A stretch of DNA of 64,000 nucleotides, from the NCBI GenBank assembly GCA_012295275.1, contig CM022672.1, forward strand, positions 28,396,001 through 28,460,000, written 5' to 3'. This document shows, piece after piece, positions 15,301 through 29,419 of this stretch. Numbering within the stretch: position 1 is the first letter of the stretch; every line of letters begins with the position of its first letter. This stretch comes from Chrysomallon squamiferum. Lineage: Eukaryota; Animalia; Mollusca. The notes under the pieces were generated by a model. It was not told where the DNA came from, ran no database searches, and worked only from the letters and a program-made list of their open reading frames with translations. Made by a program: the position numbers and the translations under genes.

Positions 15301-18300
15301 GTTAAATATTTTATGGTATTGCTTCATTTTAGATGATATAATTTAGAACAATTTTTTGTTTTCTTCACCATAGTATCTCTTAACTTATGACTACTGATAA
15401 ATCAATACAGAAACAAAAAAAGTATCTATTTTTTATATTCTGTAAAAACAAGTATTTCTTTGTTATTTCTACCAGAACCATTTCACCCCCTTAAAGAAAT
15501 GATAATTCAGAGCTGGAAATATTTTTAAAAACTGGATATTTCTTTTAAAAAATCACATTTTTCACTGCAGTTATAGTTTATACCATGCAAGGATTTATAA
15601 TTAGTAAAAATCAGTCTACAATAAGAATGAACCTTTTTGTCTGGAATTTCTGGTGTCTTCAGAACAAAATAACCCAGCAGATCAACAAACTGAGTGGCCT
15701 TTCTGCCAAAAACTGGCAACTCAGCCCAGAGTCCCCACATGATATTCAACACAACCTCCTTTTCATCTAGGCTCGAGTTTCTGAAAATCGATTTCAATTA
15801 ATAAATAAACATTTTTGTTAAAAACATTTTAATTTAAAATTTTATTTTACTGGCATTTTTTTTATAAGTTGTTACTTCAATAGGCTGTTTAGTTGCAATA
15901 GTCTACAGATAAGATACTATCAATATAATCAACATTTTTAGCTAAAACAAAAGATGGATAATTATTATAAAACCTTATTAAAGACAGTTTATAAAACTGT
16001 ACATCTGCATGTAACTGAAGGATTTTTCAGTAACTCTCTGAACTGACACAGTAAAATGAATGTTCTATACCTGTATATTTGCAGAACAAGACTGTGAGCA
16101 AGCCAGCGATTTCCACTGTTGTTAGACTCTAGTAGAAAAGTTCTGATAAATTTCACAAGCAGTTCTTTGTCAAGTACTTTGTTTAAAAGTTTCACTAGAG
16201 TCACACACAGAGTTTCATCAAACTTCTCAACCTCTTCAGGCTCTGCTGAAGATTTAAAAAGTACTGTCAAAGTCATAATTTATGTTGCTTTGGAAACCAA
16301 CAAAAAAAACTAAGAAAAAAATGAATAAATAAAATAATAAAATAAATAAATATGAAATTTAAAAAGAAATACATTTCATATTAATATTATCAAAGAGCTG
16401 ATTTTATTGCAAAGCATACATGGACTTACAGTCTTTCTCCATCACCTTATTTGAAAATTAATTTTTAATGATTTCAATTAATAATGAACTAATAGAGAAA
16501 ATAATCAGAAGTAATCTTACTTTGTTTGACGTGTTTGCCCTCAGTTTTTGCTTTGTTTTTGTCTTTCTTTTGTTTGACTGGTGAAGCACTAGAACTGCTG
16601 GAGGAACTTGCTGCAAGGTTCTGTTGTGCTGATGGTTTCACACCACAGAGAGCTGCTTGCAGCAGCTGCAACAATGTGGGTGCCATACCCTCATCCAGTG
16701 ATATACTAGCCTTCACCAAGAATGGGAGTGTTTCTAAACAGTATTTGATTAACAAAAATCAAAAAATTAAAGTCCCAGTAATATGAAGTTAATGATTATT
16801 TAAAATTTAATCTGTATAAATCATAGATAATTCTAAATACACATTTTGGGATATAATACTCTGAAAAAAATGAATAACTAGTAATGGTTGTTGGCATTTA
16901 GAAACTGCATTATGATAAGACAGCTGAACATTTTAAAAAGCTGACTCTACAGTTACACCGAACACCAATTTAAAATACCATTCAATGAAGTTTCTTCCAC
17001 ATATTTTTTCACCTCTTTTTGATATATGAAAGACCTATCTATCTATTAATCTTTTTTATAAAATTATTATTATTTTCAGTTCACCTTGGGCCTGTTCACA
17101 GTATGTTTGCCAGTTGTGAGGCCTGGAGGCAGCAATTTCTGAGCAAACCTTTAAATGTTCAATCTACAACAAAAAACAAGTAAGTAAATAACAAAGTTAT
17201 AACAATATTCTGAACAAATTAAAAATAATAATAATACCTTTTTAAAAAGGATCAGTAATTCCCCATGTATTTTTCACATCCAATGTAACATTCAAAATAC
17301 AAAAATATTTTTAAAAATTTAATTATTTCTAAACAATAAATTTCAAACTTTTGTTTCACAAAGTTTTAAATATTACAAACCATGGTTAGAAGTGTATCAT
17401 AAGGCAGTACAATGCCATGTGGGACTATTTCTGCAGTCAGATCAAGGCCTCCCTTTATACAGATGTCTACAACAGACTTGAGGTGGGATTCAATGGTATG
17501 CATGTCTCTCAGTTGCCTATATTTATCCTTTGAGCCACAGATGAAGAGCAGGAGCTGAAATAATTGTTTTCAATCTATGACCCCAACTTATTTTGAAACA
17601 TTAATTTAATATCCCACACATTAACTATAATCATGTGGACTAAATCAACATTGTTCTCTAAATCAGTGATCTTTAAAACTCTGCTCTTTTATACTTTGTT
17701 ATTATATGTATACATGTATATACAGATACAATACTTTTAGATACAGAATATATTTTCGTAATTTCAAAATTTTATTACCAGAGAAAATAAACTTGTTTTA
17801 AAATTCATTTATTCCGTAAATTAGCATTATCATCATCACAAACTGATAAGTATAATGATGAAAGAATTGTCCTAATGAACTGATTCTGTTACAGCATGAT
17901 ACCTTTCTCACTTGTCTCTTCACAAATGGAGTCTGCTGTGTCATCATATACTGAAAAAAAAAAAGAAAAAAAAAAAACCTCAATAAGCAGCCTGATGAAT
18001 TAAACTATCATCTTTATCAATTAAAATGATTAATTTTAGAATTAAAAGCAATAATAAGATGGAGAAAATTTTAAGCTAGTTTATACCTTTCAGGATAATC
18101 AGCTCTTGGATGATTTTTCACTTTTGTAAATAAAGACTTGCATATTAAATGAATTTTTAAAATAAAAGTAAATTAATATGCTTGCACTATTTTCATATGT
18201 AAGAAGAAGAGGTTTTTTCTTTTTTAAAAACTTCTTTTGGATCATTATTTGGATTACCAACATTTCACTGTTATTGACATTTGTATACATTATAAAGAAT

Positions 18301-21300
18301 AATAATAAAAGAAAAACAAGTAAAAACCAAACCACAAACCTCAGAGAGTATAGAATGCCACATCTGTTCAAACACAGCATTTGGAACACACTGCATAGAA
18401 TCAGCTATCTTCTTCAGCTAAAATCAATGTAAAATACTTCTAGTGTTATGCTATTTCACAATCCTTTTTCTTTGTACTATGTATTTCATCAATTTAAGCG
18501 TTTCCTACATTAATTTATAATTATAATTTATTTGTTGTTATTGTTTTCAGTTACAGAAAACTGTAAATGTAAATTTATTTTCCTGTCAAATTACTTAACA
18601 AATGAGTATATATTTTGTTTCAAATTTATATTTCATTACCATTAGTGAATAAATTTTAGTTTGTTTGAATGAATAAAATATATGTACATTTTAAATTTTT
18701 ACCTGATATGGTAATCTGAGAACCATTTCTGTCAGTAACTGAGGGTAATCTTCAAAGACATCACTGGCATGGCTTTTAACATACTGTCTCAGAAAAAAGG
18801 GTGACATATCAGGTGGTGGGCATATCGGGTGTGGTGTCAGTAGTTGTCCTGGGGTTAAGCTTTTGTCCTGCTGAAATTAATGGATTACAGCATTCAGTTA
18901 AGAAGAAAGTTGATCAGTATTTAGCAGTAAATGACCTAGCTAAAGATGAATAACTGAAGTAGCTACAAAAGAAAATGATAGTCAGTGCAGATACTTTGAT
19001 ATAAGTCGTTTCCCCTTAGCTGTTAAGCTATCAAAATTAGACAAACTTACTTCATCAGATGAGTAGGTTTTCCAATAAGGGAGAAGACTGCGAAGAACCT
19101 GCAGACAGTAATGAATGGCGTCCCTGGTAAGAAGTGCAATGGCTGTACTGCTGCTCACAAATGAAGATGGCTGTAACAATTCAGAATAATAATAAAAAAA
19201 ATCATTAAAATAATATTACTTAATAACACAAACAGAACTATTGCTAAATGCAATGCAAACATTAATAATATATAATCAAATGTTTGCTTTTAATTCTGAT
19301 TATTTCTGAAATCCAACTGAATTTTTCAAAACAAAAAAAATACAAAAACAAATGAAATCAACCTAAAGAATATTTATTTTTAGTGTTTTGTTTCTCATGT
19401 CAAGTATACCTCAGAAGTTGATTTTGTTCCTGCTCTTGTTCTTGACAACAAAACACTCAAAAATCTCAGTAAAATCAGCTTCACTTCAAAATGTTTGGTA
19501 CGAACTTCAACATTCTCAAGATCCTGAATTTAAAAAAAGAAAAAGAAAGATATAAGAATCTGAATTAGACCAACTAAAACACAATGATCAACTGAAGTAT
19601 TTAAAATATAAAACACAACGATACCAAATATCAGTAAAATACCCAACAGTCTACATCTGCTTACAAAAATCAAAGTGATAATAATCAGTAACAGAGCATT
19701 ACTTTTATATTACAGGGTCAAGCCTGAGACAAACAATAATGTTCCAATATTTTAGTAATGACTGAGAGGTTAATACTTTGCAGTGTAGGCTTACACTTTT
19801 GCATAATAATTATATTCACTGTATCTGTTAAAATATACTCCTGATCTGGATCACAATGTCTCAGCACTATATATTTGCATAGACAATTATAATTCATTGA
19901 TTTTAAAATAAGGAATTAAATTCAATTTATAAAAATATAGCACTTCATTCAATGAGTCTAAAATACAGCATTACATTCAATGAGATTAAAATACAGAATT
20001 ACATTAACGTATTTTAAAATACAGAATTATATTTTCTGATTTTAAAATAAAGAATTACATTCATTTTTTCTAAAATACAGAATTACATTCACTGGTTTTA
20101 AAATACAGAATTATATTCTCACCTTTCCAGACAGATCCAGTTCTTTCAGCAAAAGAGTCAACAAGCTGTCAAGAGCTGCTCGGTCCTTGTCTTCCTCTGA
20201 ATCCAGGTCAGATGTCAACATCAGCAACACCTGTATAAAAAAATTGCAATATTAATCAAAGAAGACATCAGTTAGAATAAATTGTTAATATTAACACATT
20301 AAAATAATCTAACATCATGACACATTAAGATATAACTTCAAATTCTTTAAAATGTTATATTATTACAATGATGTTTAGCATTTAAAATATTTTGTTATTT
20401 ATGTCAGCTAGTGGTATGAATGAATGAATGCTTATTAACAATCCAGCATGAAAAACATATTGGCTACTAGGTGACAAACCAAAGACAGATTTAAAAAAAA
20501 AAGAGGTCATTTCTTTATATATAAAAATTCTAAAATTAATTAAAACAGTGCAAAAATGAAAGTATCACAGATTAACTGAATTAAAATTTATATAAATTCT
20601 GTCAGTTGAAAATTTCAGAATGGAATCAAAATGATTTCATGACACTTATTTTTTTCTAATCTGCTTAAATGTAGCAGTATTATCACTGAGGTGGAAAAGC
20701 TTCTTCAGGATAAATGAATGGGGTCAAATAAGTATGACTGGTAAAATTAATAAATTTATAAACTCCTTTATTTCCTCCAATGATTACTCAAACATCAGCA
20801 TTAAAGATTGATGCTGAGTCAAGCAATCTTTGGGAAAATAATGTGCCTGATGGAAAACCAGTTACAGAATTTCCATCCTGGAACTTGTCTTGAATTTACA
20901 TGAAATTTTTTTATATACACAACAGCATCTCAATAATCACTCTTCAGATGTGCAAGAATAAATGCAACCTGAGGTGGTAAAACAAAACATGACAGAGTTT
21001 CCCAAGTGTCAGTTTAATCAATGCTGGAAAGCAAAAAAGCCACTTAATGCAAAGACCAAATGTACAAATAACAACTGGATTGCATCAAACAATTTCATAT
21101 ACTTATTGTCAAACACTTTATTATGTACAGCATGTGTTGGTAAAGATTTAAGCTTTGTAGCATATTGCAGAAAAAGCTTGGCCTGTATAGCACCCAAACA
21201 AGGTTTGTGCATGAACGTACAAGCTCTGCAGATGTTCTAAATGCACCAAGACAATGCCGAAGTCCCAAGTTGTGTTAAGGATTTATTATCTACTAGTAGA

Positions 21301-24300
21301 ATTTGATTGCTGACCCATACACAATGCATCTATAATGAAGTTTGGACTTCTACATATCTATACAGACAGAACGTAAGCTTTTGGCCTGCTCCCCATTCCA
21401 TATTAACAATAACTTTTAATATACTGAGAGCTTTCAACCCTTCTTTTTAACATATTTAAGATGGTGCACAAAAGATAGCTTTCTTTCCTATATAATCCAG
21501 AATAATAATATAGTCTCATCCAGAACTGGAACTGAACTTTTGTTCAAAAATAACTGTGGATCTAAGTGGCAAATATATATACAAATTGTTTTTGCCTTTG
21601 AGAATTGAAAGCCTTTGTCAGTTGAAGTTTATTCAAACAAAGCTGCAACTTATATTTAATGATCCTCACCTTGGAAGATCAACAGCAGTTCTGAAAATCA
21701 TCAACATATAACAAGCAATCCACACCAGGTGAAGCTGTTAATTCTCACAGAAAATAAAATTACAGACAGGATACACAACCTTGAGGCACACCCATCTTCT
21801 GTGGGTGGATGTAAAACAAGAGCTAACTTTTAAAAACAGAAAAATAAATACAGGGAGTCAACATCTTAGAAGGTGGTTTAAAATCCCATATTTCCACCTG
21901 GTATCATAAGCTTTCTCCAAATAAAAAGTCACTGAAACCAAGTGATGATTATGGATGATAGCTTCCCTACAAAACAGAACTCCAGATGTTATTAAAAATA
22001 TTCAAAAGAATTATGTTTTCCAGTTGTTTTCCTCTAATATTTACATGACAATTAAATCTCACATAGGGAGATCCCCTGGATTAAAATTAAAATGATTATG
22101 AGGTGCAAGTAAACTGAGCACAGCGTAACAGTTTTATGAGCTATGACCTTTTTCAGCTCTGAGGAATGGTTTCAGTAACAAGAATGGTAACATCTCCAGA
22201 TGTTCTTTTTTCAGTTTCGTAAAATTTATTATAGGATAAATGCTCTTGAAGAAAAGTTGTAGGAGATTACGTTTTTGAATTAAAATAATTAATTTTCAAA
22301 ATTGGTGCCGATCAAGAACTATATTGAGATGAAACATCCATCTCATCAGTCATATCAACAAGCAAGGCATCAATCATTTTCAACTGCCCCAAAAAGCAAT
22401 CTTTTCAAGATGAAACTTTGCCTTTTCCTGGCAAACTGTGAGAACCTGGCAACCAAGGCAGTCAATCTGCCTGAAGGATTCTGCAAATCCAAAGACAAGT
22501 CAGTCATTATGGAAGATGTTTATTATTTTGTAACAGCTTCTTGTTGTCTTTTTTAACTGCTTGATCAGCTTGTTATGTAGTTTTTTTCTACATCTGAAAT
22601 TTTTGTTTTATTTCATCATATTGCTACGGTTAGTTAGTATTAACAGCAACACTTGGGGAGCAGACCTTACAATTTACACATATAAAGTTATTATGTCTTA
22701 CTGTCATAATCTAATTTAACACAACGAGCAAATGTCAATTTGTCTTGATATGAAGTTTGGCCATGACCAAATTTTTGACATTTGTTAACATCATACAAAA
22801 GGAACAACTGGTATAGAGAGATCTCTAGCCTTTACAGATTCTCGAAGGCTAGGTTTGTCAAATGTTAAGATCCAGGCCAAAGTTAGTGTGTACATACCCA
22901 CAGATATGCCCCAACTCAACCACCAAGATACCATCATCCTGCATTATGGGATGCACCTCACAGCCAACAAGTTGTCCCAGAACAGGAGTTGTGCTCTACT
23001 GGCCATTCTCAAAGAGAATGTTTCGTCCCTGCACTATACTGAGATTACAACTTATGCAGGAGTGTCAACTAATCATAGTTACCTGCATGAATGGTATGGC
23101 CCTCACTCCACCAATGTTTCTGATTTCAGGTAAGAATTGTAATAGTCTCTCCAGAAGCTGTAAACGAAGGTGATGCAGTCTACATATAGCTTCATAGTCA
23201 GCATCTGATTCCATGACTTCATGATCCACCTCATGATGCATGGACCCACTTGGCCCACCAACACTGCTGGTTTCACTCCGAGCTCCAGCTGTTCCGCCTT
23301 CTTGTACAGAATAGCCATAGGCACTGCTACGGCCACTCACTGAAAACAACACAAAAATTATTGGTAACAACTAAAGTCTTAATCATCTTTTAACAGGTGA
23401 TTCTAACAATAAAACTAAAAGTGAATGATTTACATTTTAGAAAGGCATTTTAGAAACAGCAACTGAAATATCATTTAAGATTACACTAATTGATATAGGA
23501 GGGAATATGCCATAAATTCAGTTTTTAATTTACACCAGCGTGATGTAAAAATTAACATCTTTCAATAGTGACACAAAACAATATATTAAACAATAAAATG
23601 TAACTCTACCTGAAATAGAATCTACAGCACTTCCTCCACTCTCTGAACCTCTCTCACTACCACCTTGTTCTGCAGGAGAGGTACGTAGGGTGGATCCTTC
23701 AGTTGCAGCATTACTCCCAACTTCATCATCACTGCCTGGTGCTGAGGCTGTTGTATCTGACAGAGGACCTTCTTCAATTGAAGATGTGCTCTGTAATAAA
23801 TATATCATATTCAAATTTCTTTCAACAAATTCAGTGACGTCTAAGAAAGATAAATTCCCAATATCATAACTGAACAAAAAATATATAAAAATAAGAATGA
23901 AAGCCAACAGCAGCACACATAAATTTCAGACTTGCATTTGTAATGTTTTTAATAAGAATGACTATTTTTAATTCAGAAGAATCAAAATTCTGAAAAAAGT
24001 ATTTAAAGTTTTTTGAGGGTTTTGAGGATTTGTAGGTGCTTACCTGTCCTTGTCTTGCCAGACCAAGACTCTGAAGATTTAAACTTCCGCTAGTTCCAGA
24101 CTGAAATACATAAAATATAATGAATTAACACAGATAACTAATGTTTATACAACCATGTAGGTACCGGCAGCCTAGCCAATATAATTGGTCGAAGTTAAGA
24201 TTTTGTCCATTTTCCTCCACTCCCAAATCCCTTCTATAAATCCTACCATAAAAAACAAATACATGTAACTAAAATGTTCTCTTTTAAATGGTGTTGTTGT

Positions 24301-27300
24301 TCTTGTTGTATGTTAAATCAGTTCTTTGTACAAGAGTGTTAAACGCGGTGGGGGGTAAACGCACTTTGGCGCCCGTGGTCAGCAATTAATAGCATGGAGT
24401 ATAAAGTCCTAAAATAGGGTCACTCTACAAACGCCTGGCTTGTTTTCGCCAAAATGGCTTCAATGTTATTTTTAGCACAGCTAGCAGAGTCAAAGTTCAA
24501 TCTTTCTAACAGAGTGCATGTCATCGCTGGCAATGGCTTATATCAAAAGTTGTGTCCAAAAATGTACTTTTTACAGAACGAATTCGCCGTAGATCTTATG
24601 TACAGCTAGAAAGGTCTGGTGCTGTTTAAAATGATTATATTTATATGTTGTTTATATTTTTAATAACTTGTTGGCTGTTTGTTTTTCTTCAATGTTCCTA
24701 CTTTTAGCGTATACATTATAGCACGTGTGTAGCGAAAACCTGTTCTGAAATAAATAAACTTAACATTGTTTTGCTGATTACTATCTTCAGTTTAAAACCG
24801 TCGATTATTTTGCTTTCAAAATTCTTGCAATAACGTCGAATTAAGAATTGTAAACATAACAAACTATACAACATAATAGATCAATGTTTTCAGAGGTATT
24901 GATGGTCTGCTGAACAAAAATCTAATCACTTTTTTTAAAATGTAAAATCATAAATTGATCAGTTTTAAAACATTATTTTTGCTTGTTGATAAGCTCTATC
25001 AGAGAAAATGTCAACAATTGTCAGATGATAGATAACTTTTGTTTGCTGTCAAATCACTGCAAGTACAAAGCTAAGAAAATTCTTTTATGCTTGCTTCAAA
25101 TGACAGACTTATAACACTCTAGTCTCGTGATTACATACATTTTATTGTCCCTGATTAATACCTGCAACACCTTTCTGGAGTTGACTGCAAGGATTAGCTG
25201 AGTTTATGTATTGCAAAGGATTATGGTTAAACATCAAATGCTTGTAGACCTTTTAAGTAACATTTTATATATATATATATATATATATACAGTATCTTAA
25301 CTTATTACTACCAATTATTTAACAGAGTGAAAATTGAAGCTGCTTATGTAAATAAAGTTGTGCTGTTCTGTATAAATTGAAAAGGTAAATTTTTTTATGG
25401 GCTTGGCAGAATTTTAATTTTTTTTTTATTACAATTGTTAAATTCAAGTATGTCATTTGAAAGATCTTGATAAATTGTTTGCAACACAGGTTGAATTTGT
25501 CAAATAGGACAAAAACTGATTCCACAGTGTCTATTTGAACTTTTAGTCATTCTGCCATGTGTCATTTTGAAGATTTTGGCATGTTTAGCATGTTATTGTG
25601 AACACACATACAAACATACAGGTCTGAATTTTTTTTTAGCTTATTTAGCAAGTTGGTCCCATCACTCTTTTGTGTCAATTACTTTTAAAACTACAGTCGG
25701 CCAAAGTAGCCCTTTCTGCTAATTAGCCAAAACAGGGCTAAAAAACAACCAAATACCTGTTGTACCGATTTGCATATATCTTTTTAACCGCTGGAGACAG
25801 AGTCATAATTTTTTGTGTGTTTTCATTCTTTTTGCTACTGCTTTCATTTTTGCATATTATGTGAAATTAAAGTCAGAAAAAATTTGCCTGCCGGTACCTA
25901 AACCATGATTAGATTAAAATTAGATTATCTAACACGTAGAAAAAGTACTGTTATCATTGCAACATGTTAAGTGAATTTCTCTGATATTAAATTATTTAAA
26001 AACTTATAATTTATACCTACGGTAATTATCAAGATTACATTGCTTTTCTTTCATTTAAATTCTCCTTCCTAGAAATTATTGCTACATTTCTGTTCAGTGT
26101 CATTAAAGGAAAATATTTAAACACCTGATCTTGTAAACTCAGTGCAATGGCCAGTTCAACCATTGTTTCATCATCAGCATCTGGTGGTATGTCAACAATT
26201 GGGGGGAAATTTCTGTCTACACCCCATAGCGAATCCAAACTAGGCAAATGGTTTCCATGGGTACTGCTTTCACCAGGTTCCATGATCATAGCTTCATTAC
26301 TCTCCTAAATATTAAGTACAAAATGTATTATAAAATCAGTCTTTTTACTTCTACCTTCTTCTTTCTCAGGTTTCATACTGTAAATACAAAGTTATTGGCG
26401 TTTCTTTTATTATTTTCTTTTAAATTATGATATTAAATGCATGAACTGCTAAAAATAAATGTCAGACGTACCACAACTTCATAGATCTCATCTCCTTCAT
26501 GTTCAGCATTTTGTTGTTCAACACTGTTAGAAACCTGAGGTTCACTTGGAGGTGTGTTAGGCTTCTGTCGTTTGGGATTATCATCATCATCATCATCATC
26601 ATCACCACCTCCACCTAAAAGCAAACCATATAATGAAAAAGTGATTTGTTCTCTTTATCTGGACCATAAATCAAAAACTACTTACATGCATAAAGAATAA
26701 ATTAACATTTATAAAAAATAAAAATAAAATCCTGTAAAGTAAATATAAAAAATGCCAGCTTTTATTGAACTGTAATAGTTATGATTCTGGCGGCCAAAGT
26801 CATAACCAGATGTGCACATTTTGTTATGAACAGAAAAAAATTTAGAAAGCCTGCTCTGTTTTTTGTTTTAATTTTGTTGAGAGTGGTTTGTCCAAAATTA
26901 TTAATATTTAAAAATAAGCATTATCTACCTTCATCTATGGATAATATTTAAAATTTGGCTCCATCCAATCCACAAGTATATTTTGAATAATATATCTGAA
27001 TAGTTCAGATGTTCTTTGATTAAGAGAAAGGAGAGTTGTAGCTTTCAATATCACATAATAGTTTTAACTTATAACTGGGAGAGTTCCAGAAGGCCTGGAT
27101 TTTCTGTTAGTTTTACATTGTCACTTTAAATTGAAGTCACTTCTTGAAACACCCTACTACTATTTCATGGAATGATCCTCCAGTTCTGTTAATACAGCAT
27201 ATATTTATGCATTTATTCACTTCTTGAGTGAGAAACATTAACAGGTAGAACATGAAAGATGATTTATTTACCTGCAGAACTACATCGAGGAGGGGAAGGT

Positions 27301-29381
27301 ATAAAGACTCGTCGTCTTCTCTGGCGAGGACGTAAGACTCGGATCAGGGCCTGTCGACTTGCAAAACTCACCAGTGGGTCCTGTTATTAACAACACTAAA
27401 CTTAAACAACAGTTTCATAAACATCTGTTAAAATAAAGCTGAAGTTAAGCTAATGTTGATTATAAAATGAGAAAGAAAATGTTAGAATAAAAACACACCA
27501 GAAAAAAAAGCTTTTGAACACACATAAGATACTCTATTAATTATGACCTACATCACAGAAATAATCTTTATTTACTTCAAAAATAAATAAATATAGTAAT
27601 TATATATATTAATCAGTGGTGTACCTATGGAAAATAGTGATTATCAGAAGCACAGAAGTTGTGCCTACTTCAAACATCTGGTACCCAAATTTAGATAATT
27701 TTACATTGAAATATGTTTAAATATACCCATAAGGTTTAATAGAAAGTGCTAGTGGTGCCCAGTCATATGCCATGTTTGCTACACCTCATGTACACCATTG
27801 ATATTATATATAGAAAACATTTTAGAAATCCTACAGATGACAAGAGTAGTTTCATGTAATGGTCTGTTGCCATGGGAACTGCTTCAGGACTGCACATGGT
27901 AAAAGCATGGATAATTTCAACAATGGCACCAACAGTAGCATCCACATGACCTAGTCCAGGCTGACAAACGGGAGCCAACATTGGGTTTGGAGGTTTACAT
28001 TCATGTAAATTCCAGAATGCTTCTAACAGCTGAGATGTAAAGTGACAATAGTCCTTAGTATTGATATTTGATAAACTATCCACTGACAGTTCATTTTGTT
28101 TGTCATGATCCTTCTCATCTTCTATGTCAAGCACTTCAAGAGCTGTAAAACAATTTAATTTAAAATTATCAGTCAGCAATATGAATACAGATTTAAAAAA
28201 AACAATTGTTTATTATAGAACTGAGAATCAATAATGAACTATAAAATACAGTTAAATAATAAATCATTGAGACACAGAAGCTAACACAACTGCATAACAC
28301 CAGAAAAAACAACAAAAAAAACTTCACGAAAATATAATTTCTTTTAATATCTGCTGAATATTAAGAAAAGATAAACATACTATCTTCTTTCTTTGTTCCT
28401 TTTTCTGCAAATTTGACAAGGTTCATGGGACGTGAGACTGCCACAGACCTTGCTGTAACAACCAATCTTTGGAACGCTTCAACATCCATCTCCTTGCCTT
28501 CTTTAGACAGGCTCTGCATTACATGCACTAACTGTGCTTGATCCTGTGATTAAATATTAATGAATATTTACAAAACATTATAAAGAATGATTTAGCCTTT
28601 AAATTTTACTATAAAAATAAAGCTATCTGAGATTAAATATAAGATCCTCTTGAATAATTTCATATTAATGATGGTTTCCCAACTGTGTGTTTAAAAAAAA
28701 AAAAAAAATAAGATCTAAGTGGCCCAGATTGGGTTGGTTTTATTAGTTTCAGCTCAAAATCAGTATCTCTGTAACTGATGGGTCAAAGGCATTGAAATTT
28801 ACGAGTATGTAGTTAAAATGCATTTTATAACCACAAATATTTTGTTGTTTTCTATTCAATCCCTTTTTTGGAACAACAAATGTATCATAAAATGAAAGTT
28901 TTTTGCATGTATTTTTTTTTAACAATACTATTCTACCATAGGAAATAGTGTTTCGAAAAAACATCTGAACATTTCCCGTTGGAAATTTGCTGATATTTAC
29001 CAACATGTGTTCCCTTAACAGCACATTATGTCAACTCTGTGATTAACCAATCTACCATGCATTTTATACACAATAAAGTAATTAGTCATAAAGCTATTTT
29101 CTCCTATTTTCATCTGTCAAATGATAAACTAACCTTATGATTGTGATAGGACTGTTTGTTGTCAAACAGAGATGCTAACAGACATTTGGTATGTTGCTGC
29201 ACTGCTGGAGGAGTTGGCAGGTTCAAAAGACGTGTAGCCAGCTCTAAAGCTTTTTCCCTTTTGGGATCCTGAAGATAAAAAATTATTAAGTCAATCTGAC
29301 CTATTAGATGATGAGAACATTATTAAAATTAAATTAAATTATTAAAAAAAAAAAAAAAAAATAATAATAATAATAATAATA

Positions 29382-29419
<38 letters not shown>

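Noticed and set aside
19895-20120. CRISPR-like array
   Set aside because: The units are contiguous degenerate tandem repeats without unique spacers; the context is a eukaryotic intron with no cas genes.
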